Shown here one piece after another: positions 20,198 through 28,354 of a DNA stretch of 32,000 nt (positions are counted from its first letter, which is position 1; the number at the start of each line of letters is the position of its first letter). The position numbers were made by a program, and so were the translations under genes. Under the pieces are notes generated by a model, which ran no database searches, had not been told where the DNA came from, and saw only the letters and a program-made list of their open reading frames with translations. The DNA is from Cupriavidus necator (GTDB taxonomy: Bacteria; Pseudomonadota; Gammaproteobacteria; Burkholderiales; Burkholderiaceae), in the NCBI RefSeq assembly GCF_016127575.1, contig NZ_CP066018.1, forward strand, positions 210,001-242,000. Reading direction: 5' to 3'.

Positions 20198-21673
20198 TCA
20201 TCGTTCCAGCACCCAGGTGTCCTTGGTGCCGCCCCCTTGCGAGGAATTCACCACCAGCGAGCCCTCGCGCAGCGCCACGCGGGTCAGCCCGCCAGGCACC
20301 ATGCGCACCTCCTTGCCCGACAGCACGAACGGGCGCAGGTCGATATGGCGCGGCGCGATGCCCGACTCCACATAGGTCGGGCAGGTCGACAGCGCCAGCG
20401 TCGGCTGCGCGATGTACTGCTCCGGGCGCGCCTTCACCACTTCGCGGAAGGCATCGATCTCGGCCCGCGTGGCGGCCGGGCCGACCAGCATGCCGTAGCC
20501 GCCGGCGCCGTGGGTCTCCTTGACCACCAGTTCTTCCATATGGTCCAGCACGTACTGCAGGTCGTCCGGGCGCCGGCACATATAGGTCGGCACGTTGCTG
20601 AGGATGGCCTCTTCGCCCAGGTAGAAGCGGATCATGTCGGGCACGTACGGATAGATCGACTTGTCGTCGGCCACGCCCGTGCCGATGGCGTTGCAGATGG
20701 TCACGTTGCCGGCGCGGTAGACCGACAGCAAGCCGGCCGCGCCCAGCGAGGAATCGTGGCGGAACACCAGCGGGTCGAGGAAGTCGTCGTCGACGCGGCG
20801 GTAGATCACGTCGACGCGCTGCGGGCCCTGCGTGGTGCGCATGAACAGGTGGTCGTCCTCGACGAAGAGATCGCTGCCTTCGACCAGTTCCACGCCCATC
20901 TGCTGCGCCAGGAAGGCATGCTCGAAGTAGGCCGAGTTGTACATGCCCGGCGTCAGCACCACCACGGTGGGATCGGCAATGGCCTGCGGCGACACCCCGC
21001 GCAGCATGTCGAGCAACAGGTCAGGATAGTGGGCCACCGGCGCCACGCGGTTGCGCGCGAACAGGTCCGGGAACAACCGCATCATCATCTTGCGGTTTTC
21101 CAGCATGTACGACACGCCCGAGGGCACGCGCAGGTTGTCTTCCAGCACGTAGAACTCGCCCTCGCCGGCGCGCACCACGTCGATGCCGGCCACGTGCGCA
21201 TAGATGTCGTGCGGCACGTTGACGCCGAGCATCTCGGGCCGGTACTGGGCGTTGTTGTAGATCTGGTCGGGCGGGATCACGCCGGCGCGGATGATGTCCT
21301 GGCCGTGGTAGATATCGTGGACAAAGCGGTTGAGCGCGGCCACGCGCTGGCGCAGCCCTTTTTCCAGCAGCGCCCATTCGTTCGCCGGGAAGATGCGCGG
21401 GATCACGTCGAACGGAATGGTGCGTTCGGTGCCGCTGTTGGCTTCATCCTTGTCGCCGTAGACGGCAAAGGTAATGCCCACGCGCCGGAAGATCAGGTCG
21501 GCCTCGGCGCGCTTGTTGCCCATCGTGCCTTCAGACTGCCGCGCCAGCCAGTCAGCGAAATGCCGGTAATGCGGGCGCACCGCGCCTTCAGGCAACGCCT
21601 GCCCCGCCTGGATAACCCATTGCGCCCCGTCCGTGCGCCAGTCCAGCATCTCGTCGAAATACCGCCCCGCCAT
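20198..21673 (-). CDS. Circularly permuted type-2 ATP-grasp protein
   Basis: 491 aa. 'EFYVLEDNLRVPSGVSYMLENR', 'NAIGTGVADDKSIYPYVP' and 'GGYGMLVGP' are typical of this family. GGAGGA lies 9 nt upstream of the ATG. Confidence 0.85.
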   Translation of the reverse strand: MAGRYFDEMLDWRTDGAQWVIQAGQALPEGAVRPHYRHFADWLARQSEGTMGNKRAEADLIFRRVGITFAVYGDKDEANSGTERTIPFDVIPRIFPANEWALLEKGLRQRVAALNRFVHDIYHGQDIIRAGVIPPDQIYNNAQYRPEMLGVNVPHDIYAHVAGIDVVRAGEGEFYVLEDNLRVPSGVSYMLENRKMMMRLFPDLFARNRVAPVAHYPDLLLDMLRGVSPQAIADPTVVVLTPGMYNSAYFEHAFLAQQMGVELVEGSDLFVEDDHLFMRTTQGPQRVDVIYRRVDDDFLDPLVFRHDSSLGAAGLLSVYRAGNVTICNAIGTGVADDKSIYPYVPDMIRFYLGEEAILSNVPTYMCRRPDDLQYVLDHMEELVVKETHGAGGYGMLVGPAATRAEIDAFREVVKARPEQYIAQPTLALSTCPTYVESGIAPRHIDLRPFVLSGKEVRMVPGGLTRVALREGSLVVNSSQGGGTKDTWVLER

Positions 21674-21923
21674 GATGGCCGTTCCTCCATGTCGCGGGCT
21701 TCCGGTGCTACCGCTTCACTGCGACTTCGTGGTCGCTACCGGCTGCCCTGGTTTTGCCCTGGCTTTCCCGTCCCCAGCCCGCCGCGCCTGCCCGTTCGGG
21801 ACGCTCACGGCGATACTGTCGAGTCACTGGCCCTTTCAGCATACCCGTACCGGCGAAACCCGCAAGCTGGCGGGTGCCGGCCGGCACGGAAAGTGAACTA
21901 GCAAGATGTCTGCCAGCGCACGC

Positions 21924-21953
21924 AAAAACGGCCGCCAGCCAGGCTGGCGGCCG
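21924..21953 (-). terminator. Rho-independent terminator downstream of gntK
   Basis: CGGCCGCCAGCC (21929-21940) and GGCTGGCGGCCG (21942-21953) form a near-perfect 25-nt palindrome. On the minus strand it is followed by TTTTT (complement of 21924-21928). It lies 55 nt after the gntK stop. Confidence 0.75.
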
Positions 21954-22007
21954 CTTGCGGGCTGCACGGGAACGGGGCCGGCCGGAACGGTCGGCGAGGT
22001 CAGCAGG

Positions 22008-22514
22008 TCAGCGCGCCGCGCCGGCGCCCTGCGGCACCGTGGCCTGCAGGATGGTGGCGACCAGCGCCTCGGGCGACTGGCGGATGTCGAGCACCAGCGC
22101 GTCGCTGGGCTCTTCCAGCGTATCGAACTGGCTTTGCAGCAGGTCGGGGTTGAAGAAGTGTTCCGTGCGCGCGGACAGGCGCGTGCCGATCAGCGATGCA
22201 TCGCCCTTCATGAAGACGAAGGTCACGCCGCCGTCGGGCGGGGTCAGCCGGTCGCGGTAGGCCTGGCGCAGTGCCGAGCAGGTGAACACATGGGTGCGGC
22301 CTTCGGCCCGGGCCGCGTCGATGGCGGCGCGCATGGCCGCCAGCCATGGCCAGCGGTCTTCGTCGGTCAGCGGGACGCCAGCGTGCATCTTGGCCTTGTT
22401 GGCGTCGCTGTGGAATGCATCGGCGTCATGGAAGCCGCAGCCCAGTCGCTGCGCCAGCAACTGGCCGACCGTGGTCTTGCCGCTGCCGGAAACGCCCATC
22501 AGGATATAGATCAT
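22008..22514 (-). CDS. gntK: Gluconokinase
   Basis: P-loop 'GVSGSGKTT', 'FHDADAFH' and '[10 protein letters not shown]'. I prefer the ATG at 22514, which has GGAG 6 nt upstream. The ATG at 22553 (MATPSDT...) would give an E. coli-like N-terminal extension and cannot be excluded. Confidence 0.85.
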   Translation of the reverse strand: MIYILMGVSGSGKTTVGQLLAQRLGCGFHDADAFHSDANKAKMHAGVPLTDEDRWPWLAAMRAAIDAARAEGRTHVFTCSALRQAYRDRLTPPDGGVTFVFMKGDASLIGTRLSARTEHFFNPDLLQSQFDTLEEPSDALVLDIRQSPEALVATILQATVPQGAGAAR

Positions 22515-22664
22515 GTCTGCTCCGTCGGTCTTGGTATCGGATGGTGTCGCCATCCTTGTCTGTCCTTGTCGGTCCAGCTGGACGTCCTTGCGGCGGCGCA
22601 AAGACGTCGGGGGGGCGCTGCCGCCCCGCAGGGAACTTCAGGGGAAAATCGGCCTCAGGCCTGG

Positions 22665-24560
22665 CTATTGTGCGACGGTTTGCGCCGCTGCGGTACGTTG
22701 GCGCCCGCCTGCGCCGGCCCCAACATCCGCCTCGGACAGGTCAAGTGCGCTGCCGCCCTCTTCCGCGATGCGCGCGTGGCGCCGGAACAGGCCGAACAGG
22801 CCGCGCCCCAGGCTGAATTGCGCGAAATCGTCGTCCGGCGCCGCGGCCAGCTCGCGCGCCGCGAATTCACGTTCGTCGCCCAGCCACTGCAGCGTGCCGG
22901 CAACGGCATCGACACGGATGCGGTCGCCGTCGCGCACGCGCGCGAGCGCGCCGCCGGCCAGCGCCTCGGGGCCAACGTGGATCACCGCCGGCACCTTGCC
23001 CGACGCGCCGGACATGCGGCCGTCGGTCACCAGCGCCACCTTGTGGCCGGCGTCCTGCAGCGCGCCCAGCACCGGGGTCAGGCGGTGCAGCTCGGGCATG
23101 CCGTTGGCGTTCGGCCCCTGGAAACGCACCACCGCGACCAGGTCGCCGGTCAGCTCGCCCGCATCGAAGGCCGCCTGCAGCGCCTCCTGCGCATCGAACA
23201 CCCGCACCGGGGCTTCGACCACGCGGTGCTCCGGCGCCACCGCCGAGACCTTGATCACGCCGCGGCCCAGGTTGCCCTGCATCAGCCGCAACCCGCCCTC
23301 GGCCGAGAAAGGCTCCGCGACCGTCGCCAGCACCTGCGCGTCGCCGCTGTGCGCCGCGCCGTCGCGCCAGCGCAGCACGCCGTCGGCCATCACCGGCTCC
23401 TGCGCATAGCGGGCCAGCCCGGGGCCGGCCACGGTCTGCACGTCCTCATGCAGCAGGCCGGCCTGCAGCAGTTCGCGGATGACGAAACCGGCGCCGCCCG
23501 CGGCATGGAAGTGGTTCACATCGGCCGAGCCATTCGGGTAGACGCGCGCCAGCAGCGGCGTGATGCGCGACAGCAGGTCGAAATCGTTCCAGTCGATGAC
23601 GATGCCCGCGGCGCGCGCCATCGCCACCAGGTGGATGGTGTGGTTGGTGGAGCCGCCGGTCGCCAGCAGGCCGACCATGGCGTTGGCAATGGCGCGCTCG
23701 TCGACGATGCGCGCCAGCGGCAGGTATTCGTCGCCGCGCGCGCGCAGGGCGATCGCGCGTTGCGCGGCCGCCGCGGTCAGCGCATCGCGCAGGCCGCTGT
23801 CCGGGTGCACGAAGGCCGCGCCCGGCAGGTGCAGGCCCATGATTTCCATCAGGAACTGGTTGCTGTTGGCGGTGCCGTAGAAGGTGCAGGTGCCGGCGCC
23901 GTGGTAGGCCTGGCATTCGGCTTCGAGCAGCGCATCGCGCCCGACCTGGCCGGTGGCGTAGAGCTGGCGCACGCGCGCCTTCTCCTTGTTGGGCAGCCCG
24001 CTGGCCATCGGGCCCGCCGGCACGAACACCATCGGCAGGTGGCCGAACTGCAGCGCGCCCATCAGCAGGCCGGGCACGATCTTGTCGCACACGCCCAGCA
24101 TCAGCGCCGCATCAAAGGTGTTGTGCGACAGCGCCACCGCGGTGCCCATCGCAATCGCATCGCGCGAGAACAGCGACAGCTCCATGCCCGGGTTGCCCTG
24201 CGTGATGCCGTCGCACATCGCCGGCACGCCGCCCGCCACCTGCGCCACCGCGCCCACCGCGCGCGCGGCCTCGCGGATCACGGCGGGGTAGCGCTCGTAC
24301 GGCTGGTGCGCCGACAGCATGTCGTTGTACGCGGTGACGATGCCCAGGTTGGGGGCATGGTCGACGCGCAGCTTCAGCTTGTCGTTGGCCGGCAATGCGG
24401 CAAAGCCGTGCGCCAGGTTGGCGCAGGACATGCCGCGCAGCGGCCCCAGTTCAGCCTGCGCGCGCTCGCAGCGGGCAAGGTAGGCGGCGCGGCTGGCGCG
24501 GCTGCGCGCGACGATGCGCTCGGTGACGGCAAGAAGCTCGGCATGGACGGCAGAAGGCAT
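22665..24560 (-). CDS. edd: Phosphogluconate dehydratase (Entner-Doudoroff)
   Basis: IlvD/Edd family with 'AMCDGITQG', '[10 protein letters not shown]' and '[20 protein letters not shown]'. The start is the ATG at 24560 ([10 protein letters not shown]...), with AAGGA upstream. The track ORF is over-extended to 24611. Confidence 0.93.
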   Translation of the reverse strand: MPSAVHAELLAVTERIVARSRASRAAYLARCERAQAELGPLRGMSCANLAHGFAALPANDKLKLRVDHAPNLGIVTAYNDMLSAHQPYERYPAVIREAARAVGAVAQVAGGVPAMCDGITQGNPGMELSLFSRDAIAMGTAVALSHNTFDAALMLGVCDKIVPGLLMGALQFGHLPMVFVPAGPMASGLPNKEKARVRQLYATGQVGRDALLEAECQAYHGAGTCTFYGTANSNQFLMEIMGLHLPGAAFVHPDSGLRDALTAAAAQRAIALRARGDEYLPLARIVDERAIANAMVGLLATGGSTNHTIHLVAMARAAGIVIDWNDFDLLSRITPLLARVYPNGSADVNHFHAAGGAGFVIRELLQAGLLHEDVQTVAGPGLARYAQEPVMADGVLRWRDGAAHSGDAQVLATVAEPFSAEGGLRLMQGNLGRGVIKVSAVAPEHRVVEAPVRVFDAQEALQAAFDAGELTGDLVAVVRFQGPNANGMPELHRLTPVLGALQDAGHKVALVTDGRMSGASGKVPAVIHVGPEALAGGALARVRDGDRIRVDAVAGTLQWLGDEREFAARELAAAPDDDFAQFSLGRGLFGLFRRHARIAEEGGSALDLSEADVGAGAGGRQRTAAAQTVAQ

Positions 24561-24615
24561 GGCGGAGACGTTCCTTGTGGGCTTGGTGGCGGCGCGGCAA
24601 TGCCGCGCCATCGCA

Positions 24616-24630
24616 TGTAGATTTTCTACA
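24616..24630. promoter_or_regulatory. Candidate HexR operator 1 (edd-proximal)
   Basis: Palindrome TGTAGA-TTT-TCTACA (TGTA-N7-TACA architecture) lies 56 nt upstream of the edd ATG. Confidence 0.6.
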
Positions 24631-24766
24631 GATCGCCGCCATTATACCGAGCGCGAGCACGCCGTCGACCCGCTCATGCATCACAATTGCGCAGAAATTC
24701 CCGGAATCAGGGCAAACCCCGAGGGCGGGCGACGCACCATTTCGGGCAAGATGCGGCGCCATCCGA

Positions 24767-24781
24767 TGTAGAATCTCTACA
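24767..24781. promoter_or_regulatory. Candidate HexR operator 2 (hexR-proximal)
   Basis: Palindrome TGTAGA-ATC-TCTACA extends to ATGTAGA...TCTACAT (24766-24782). It lies 34 nt upstream of the hexR ATG, and its half-sites are identical to those of operator 1. Confidence 0.6.
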
Positions 24782-24814
24782 TATCCGCAACCCCCGACAC
24801 TGCCTCCCGCCGCC

Positions 24815-25762
24815 ATGCGCGACCGAATCCTAGCCGTCTACGACACGCTCCGCCCTTCTGAACGCCGCCTGGCCGACTATGTCGCCCGGCATGGCGCCGC
24901 CGTGATCCGGCTGTCGATGCCCGAGCTGGCCGAGCGCGCCGGCGTGTCGCAGCCCACCATCGCGCGCTTCTGCGCGGCGCTGGGCTACGACGGCTTCCGC
25001 GAATTCAAGCTGCAGTTCGCGCAGAACGTTGGCGGCGGCACGCCCTTCGTGCACCAGGACGTCGCGGCCGACGACCGCCCCGCGGACATCGCCGGCAAGG
25101 TCTTCGACCGCACCATTGCCACGCTGATGAGCGTGCGCAATGCGCTGTCGGCCGACCAGATCGAGCATGGCATCCAGCTGCTCGCCGGCGCGCGCCGCAT
25201 CGAGTTCTACGGCTGCGGCAACTCCGGCATCGTCGCGCTGGATATCCAGCACAAGTTCTTCCGCCTGGGCATGCCGACGGTTGCGTATTCCGACCCGCAC
25301 GTGTTCAGCATGTCGGCCGCGCTGCTCGCCCGTGGCGACGTGGCCGTGCTGGTCTCCAACAGCGGCCGCACCTGGGACATGCTGACCGCTGCCACGCTGG
25401 CGCGCAGCAGCGGCGCCAGCGTGCTGGCAATCACGCACAGCGGCTCGCCGCTGGCGCGGCTGGCTGACGTCTGCGTGTTTTCCGACGTCGAGGAAGACAG
25501 CGAGGTCTACACGCCGATGACCTCGCGCATCAGCCACCTGGTGCTGGGCGACGTCCTGGCCGCCGGCGTGGCGCTTGCGCGCGCCGACACCGTCGCCCCC
25601 CGCCTGCAGCGCGCCAAGGCGCATCTGCGCGAACGACGCATTGCCGGTGCGGAGCCGGCCCGGCCAGTACCGCCGGCACGAAACCGCGCCAGGCCCGCCG
25701 CAGCCGAGCCAGCCACGCCCGCGCTGCCCGCCACCCGCACGCGTCGCCGCAAGGCCAGTTGA
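24815..25762 (+). CDS. hexR: RpiR/MurR-family transcriptional regulator (HexR-type, HTH + SIS domain)
   Basis: 'LRPSERRLADYV...SMPELAERAGVSQPTIARFCAALGYDGFREFK' HTH_6 and the SIS motif 'IEFYGCGNSGIVA'. It is divergent from edd. I re-set the start to the ATG at 24815, where the track gives 24575. It carries a Pro/Ala/Arg-rich C-terminal tail. Confidence 0.85.
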   Translation: MRDRILAVYDTLRPSERRLADYVARHGAAVIRLSMPELAERAGVSQPTIARFCAALGYDGFREFKLQFAQNVGGGTPFVHQDVAADDRPADIAGKVFDRTIATLMSVRNALSADQIEHGIQLLAGARRIEFYGCGNSGIVALDIQHKFFRLGMPTVAYSDPHVFSMSAALLARGDVAVLVSNSGRTWDMLTAATLARSSGASVLAITHSGSPLARLADVCVFSDVEEDSEVYTPMTSRISHLVLGDVLAAGVALARADTVAPRLQRAKAHLRERRIAGAEPARPVPPARNRARPAAAEPATPALPATRTRRRKAS

Positions 25763-25764
25763 CG

Positions 25765-28182
25765 CTAACGCGGCGCCGGCGGTCGCGCCCGCCAGTAGCG
25801 CGGCTGCGCCTGCCGGAACACCGACAACGCAAAGCCCCCGGGCGCAGTGTCCATGGTCACCGCGCCGGTTTCATCGGTCCGGTAGCGCAGGACGCCCGCG
25901 CGGCCGTAGCGCTCCCACACCTCGCCGCTCGGGTGGCGATAGCGGTTGGCATAACCCAGCTGGAACACCGCCGCCGACGGGCGCACTGCCTCCAGCCAGG
26001 CTGCACCGGATGAGGTGCCGCTGCCATGGTGGGCCACCACCAGCACGTCGGCACGCAGCACCTCGGCCGGCAACCTGTCGATCAACGCACGCTCCTGCGC
26101 CACGCCGATGTCTCCGGTCAGCAGCAGGCTGTGCGCCGCCGCATCCACGCGCAGCACGCAGCTGCGCGCATTGCTGGCAATGGCTGCCTGCTGCGCCTGC
26201 TCCGCGAGCGGATGCAGCACGGTAAAGCGCACGCCGTCCCACTCCCATTGCTGGCCCGCCGCGCATGGCGACCAGTCATTGGCCGCCGACCCAAGCAGAA
26301 CGTGACCGGCAGGCGCTCCGGTGCTGCGCGCGGACACGGCCACCGCCGCCGTGATGTCCGCCACGCCGCCGGCATGGTCGGTGTCTTCATGGCTGACCAT
26401 CAGGTGGTCGATCCGGCCAACCCCCTCGCCCCGCAGCAATGGCACCACCACCTGCGCACCGGCGCTGGATCCCGACGCATAAGACGGCCCGGTGTCATAC
26501 AGCAGCGCATGGGCGCGCGTTCGCACCAGCACCGCCGTGCCCTGCCCCACGTCCAGCATCACCGCGCGGAACTCGCCATGCGCAACCGGCGGGCCGCGCG
26601 CCAGCAGCATCGGCAACATCAGCAGCCCGCCGTGCAGGCGCGCGCGCGCGGTGGCGACCGGCGCGACCAGCAGCCCGACACCGAGCGCCGCCAGCACCAG
26701 CGCCAACGGCCCCGCGCTGGCCGCTTCCCACATCGCCCATGGCAGCGCCGAAAGCCAGCCCAGCACCGCGGCCAGCGCCACCATAGCCAGGTGGGCCACC
26801 GCCAGCACCGGCCCGGCCAGCGCCATCGGCAAGGCGGCGCCGAGCAAAGCCAGCGGCGTCACCAGCAGGCTGACGACCGGGATCGCCACCGCATTGGCCA
26901 ACGGCGACACCACCGATACCTGGCCGAACAGCAGCAACGTCAGCGGCACCAGCCCGATGGTCACGGCCCACTGCGTGCGCGCCCCGGCGGCGAGCACGGA
27001 CCGCAGGCGTTGCCAACGCCCTTCCGTCGAAGCATCCCGGCCGGGCCGGGCCGCGAAGAAGATCACGGCCACCGCGCCGAAGGACAGCCAGAAGCCGGGC
27101 AACATCACCGCCCACGGATCCAGCAGCAATGCCGCCAGCGCCGCCCACGCCAGCACCACCGAGGCGGGCGGCGCACGCGCACTCCATACCGCAATGGCCG
27201 CCACGCAGAGCATGGCCACGGTGCGCAGCGCCGGGACCTGCATGCCGGCCAGCAGGCCGTAAGCCAGCGCACTGGCCACGGCCGCCACCAGCGCGGCCTG
27301 CCGGGCCGGCAGCCACAGCGGCAACGGCCGGCGCAGCCAGCGGCCGAGTCCGAACGAATGCCGCCACAACAGCCCGGCAAGCGACGCCGCCATGCCGGCG
27401 ATCATGGTGATATGCAGCCCGGAGATCGCGACCAGGTGGCTGACGCCGGTGCGCCGGAACAGTTGCCAGTCGTCCGCATCGATACCGCGCTGGTCGCCAA
27501 TGACCAGCGCGGTCAGCACCGCGCCAAAGCGCGCATCGGCCGGCAGCGCCGCGCGCAGGTGATCGCGCACGGCGGCGCGCACGGCCTCAATGCGCCATGC
27601 CAGCCGCTCCGCGGACGCGTCCTGCGGCGGCCCTTGTGCGCGGCGCACATAGCCGGTGGCGCCATAGCCCTGCGCCAGCAGCCAATAGGCGTAGTCAGAA
27701 CCAAAAGGATTGGCGAGTCCGCGCGGACGCCGCAGGCGCAGGGTCAGCGTGAGGCGCTGCCCGGGACGCAGGTCGGGCGGTGCGCCACGCCAGTTGAGGA
27801 TCACGCGGCGCGGCAGAGGCTGGCCCGCATCACCCTGCTCCACAGTCAAGGCAAAACGCGTCCCGGTGGCGGCATCCGCCGGCAGCCCCGACACCACGCC
27901 GCGCACGTCGAGGTCGCGCGCCTCCAGCGTGGCCGGCAGCCAGTCGCGCATGCGCAGTTCGGCCCGCCAGGCCGCCCAGCAGAAGGCGGCGCCGAACGCC
28001 AGCCCGGCAAGCGCCAGGCCATGCAGCACGACGTGCAGGCGCCTGCCCCACAAGGCGATGCCGAGAGCGACCAATGTCAGCGCCACAGCACCGAGGCGCA
28101 GGCCATCCTGCGGCGGCAGCATTGACTGCTGCTGCAGCGTCCAGCATCCCGCGACGAAAGCCACCACGAACCAGCGCACCAC
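25765..28182 (-). CDS. comEC: DNA internalization-related competence protein ComEC/Rec2
   Basis: 805 aa polytopic membrane protein with a C-terminal metallo-beta-lactamase domain ('VSHEDTDHAGG', 'VVAHHGS'). The GTG start has AGGAGA 5 nt upstream. Confidence 0.85.
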   Translation of the reverse strand: MVRWFVVAFVAGCWTLQQQSMLPPQDGLRLGAVALTLVALGIALWGRRLHVVLHGLALAGLAFGAAFCWAAWRAELRMRDWLPATLEARDLDVRGVVSGLPADAATGTRFALTVEQGDAGQPLPRRVILNWRGAPPDLRPGQRLTLTLRLRRPRGLANPFGSDYAYWLLAQGYGATGYVRRAQGPPQDASAERLAWRIEAVRAAVRDHLRAALPADARFGAVLTALVIGDQRGIDADDWQLFRRTGVSHLVAISGLHITMIAGMAASLAGLLWRHSFGLGRWLRRPLPLWLPARQAALVAAVASALAYGLLAGMQVPALRTVAMLCVAAIAVWSARAPPASVVLAWAALAALLLDPWAVMLPGFWLSFGAVAVIFFAARPGRDASTEGRWQRLRSVLAAGARTQWAVTIGLVPLTLLLFGQVSVVSPLANAVAIPVVSLLVTPLALLGAALPMALAGPVLAVAHLAMVALAAVLGWLSALPWAMWEAASAGPLALVLAALGVGLLVAPVATARARLHGGLLMLPMLLARGPPVAHGEFRAVMLDVGQGTAVLVRTRAHALLYDTGPSYASGSSAGAQVVVPLLRGEGVGRIDHLMVSHEDTDHAGGVADITAAVAVSARSTGAPAGHVLLGSAANDWSPCAAGQQWEWDGVRFTVLHPLAEQAQQAAIASNARSCVLRVDAAAHSLLLTGDIGVAQERALIDRLPAEVLRADVLVVAHHGSGTSSGAAWLEAVRPSAAVFQLGYANRYRHPSGEVWERYGRAGVLRYRTDETGAVTMDTAPGGFALSVFRQAQPRYWRARPPAPR

Positions 28183-28354
28183 AACTCTCCTGCGTGTTCT
28201 GCACAGAGACGGTTGTACCGCCGCAGTGGGGCTGGAACCTTGTCAGGCTGTCAGGAGGAAGTGAAGTTGTGTGACTGGATTCAGTACAGCACGCCGGTGA
28301 TTCGGATGGGGTGAGAGCGGGCGCATCGACGAAGTCTGACCGGCGAAGTCCTGT

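Noticed and set aside
21708-21842. 44-aa minus-strand mini-ORF (MLKGPVTRQYRRERPERAGAAGWGRESQGKTRAAGSDHEVAVKR) in the leader of the Anbu operon, considered as a possible Pup-like small tag substrate for the ATP-grasp ligase
   Set aside because: About 16 of its 43 codons end in A/T, whereas neighbouring real genes use almost exclusively G/C-ending codons. It has no Shine-Dalgarno, and its ATG overlaps the candidate -10 hexamer. It has no C-terminal Gly/Gln/Glu-type ligation motif.
21860-21887. Sigma-54-like GGCAC ... TTGC elements on the minus strand upstream of the ATP-grasp gene
   Set aside because: The spacing between the GGCAC and TTGC elements is 8 nt, not the 5 nt required by the -24/-12 consensus. 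No enhancer-binding-protein gene is nearby.
21906-24620. 904-aa plus-strand ORF antisense to gntK and edd
   Set aside because: It mirrors unmistakable Edd and GntK coding sequence on the other strand. It has Arg/Ala/Gly-rich composition, no motifs and no ribosome-binding context.
26026-28125. 699-aa plus-strand ORF antisense to comEC, along with similar long antisense ORFs at 14562-16268, 16606-18297, 20117-21901, 29634-31490, 12039-13202, 5657-7156, 6481-7950, 9179-10756, 9963-11186 and 25575-26225
   Set aside because: Each overlaps a confidently identified gene on the opposite strand or in another frame. All have the R/A/G/P/H-rich composition expected from non-coding frames of GC-rich genes. 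None shows a recognisable domain.
28241-28256. Tandem TGTCAGGC/TGTCAGGA direct repeat in the tatD-comEC spacer (28183-28354), considered as a regulatory iteron or small RNA locus
   Set aside because: There are only two 7-8-nt copies. I found no flanking promoter or terminator signature and no convincing stem-loops. The spacer is most simply the comEC promoter region.
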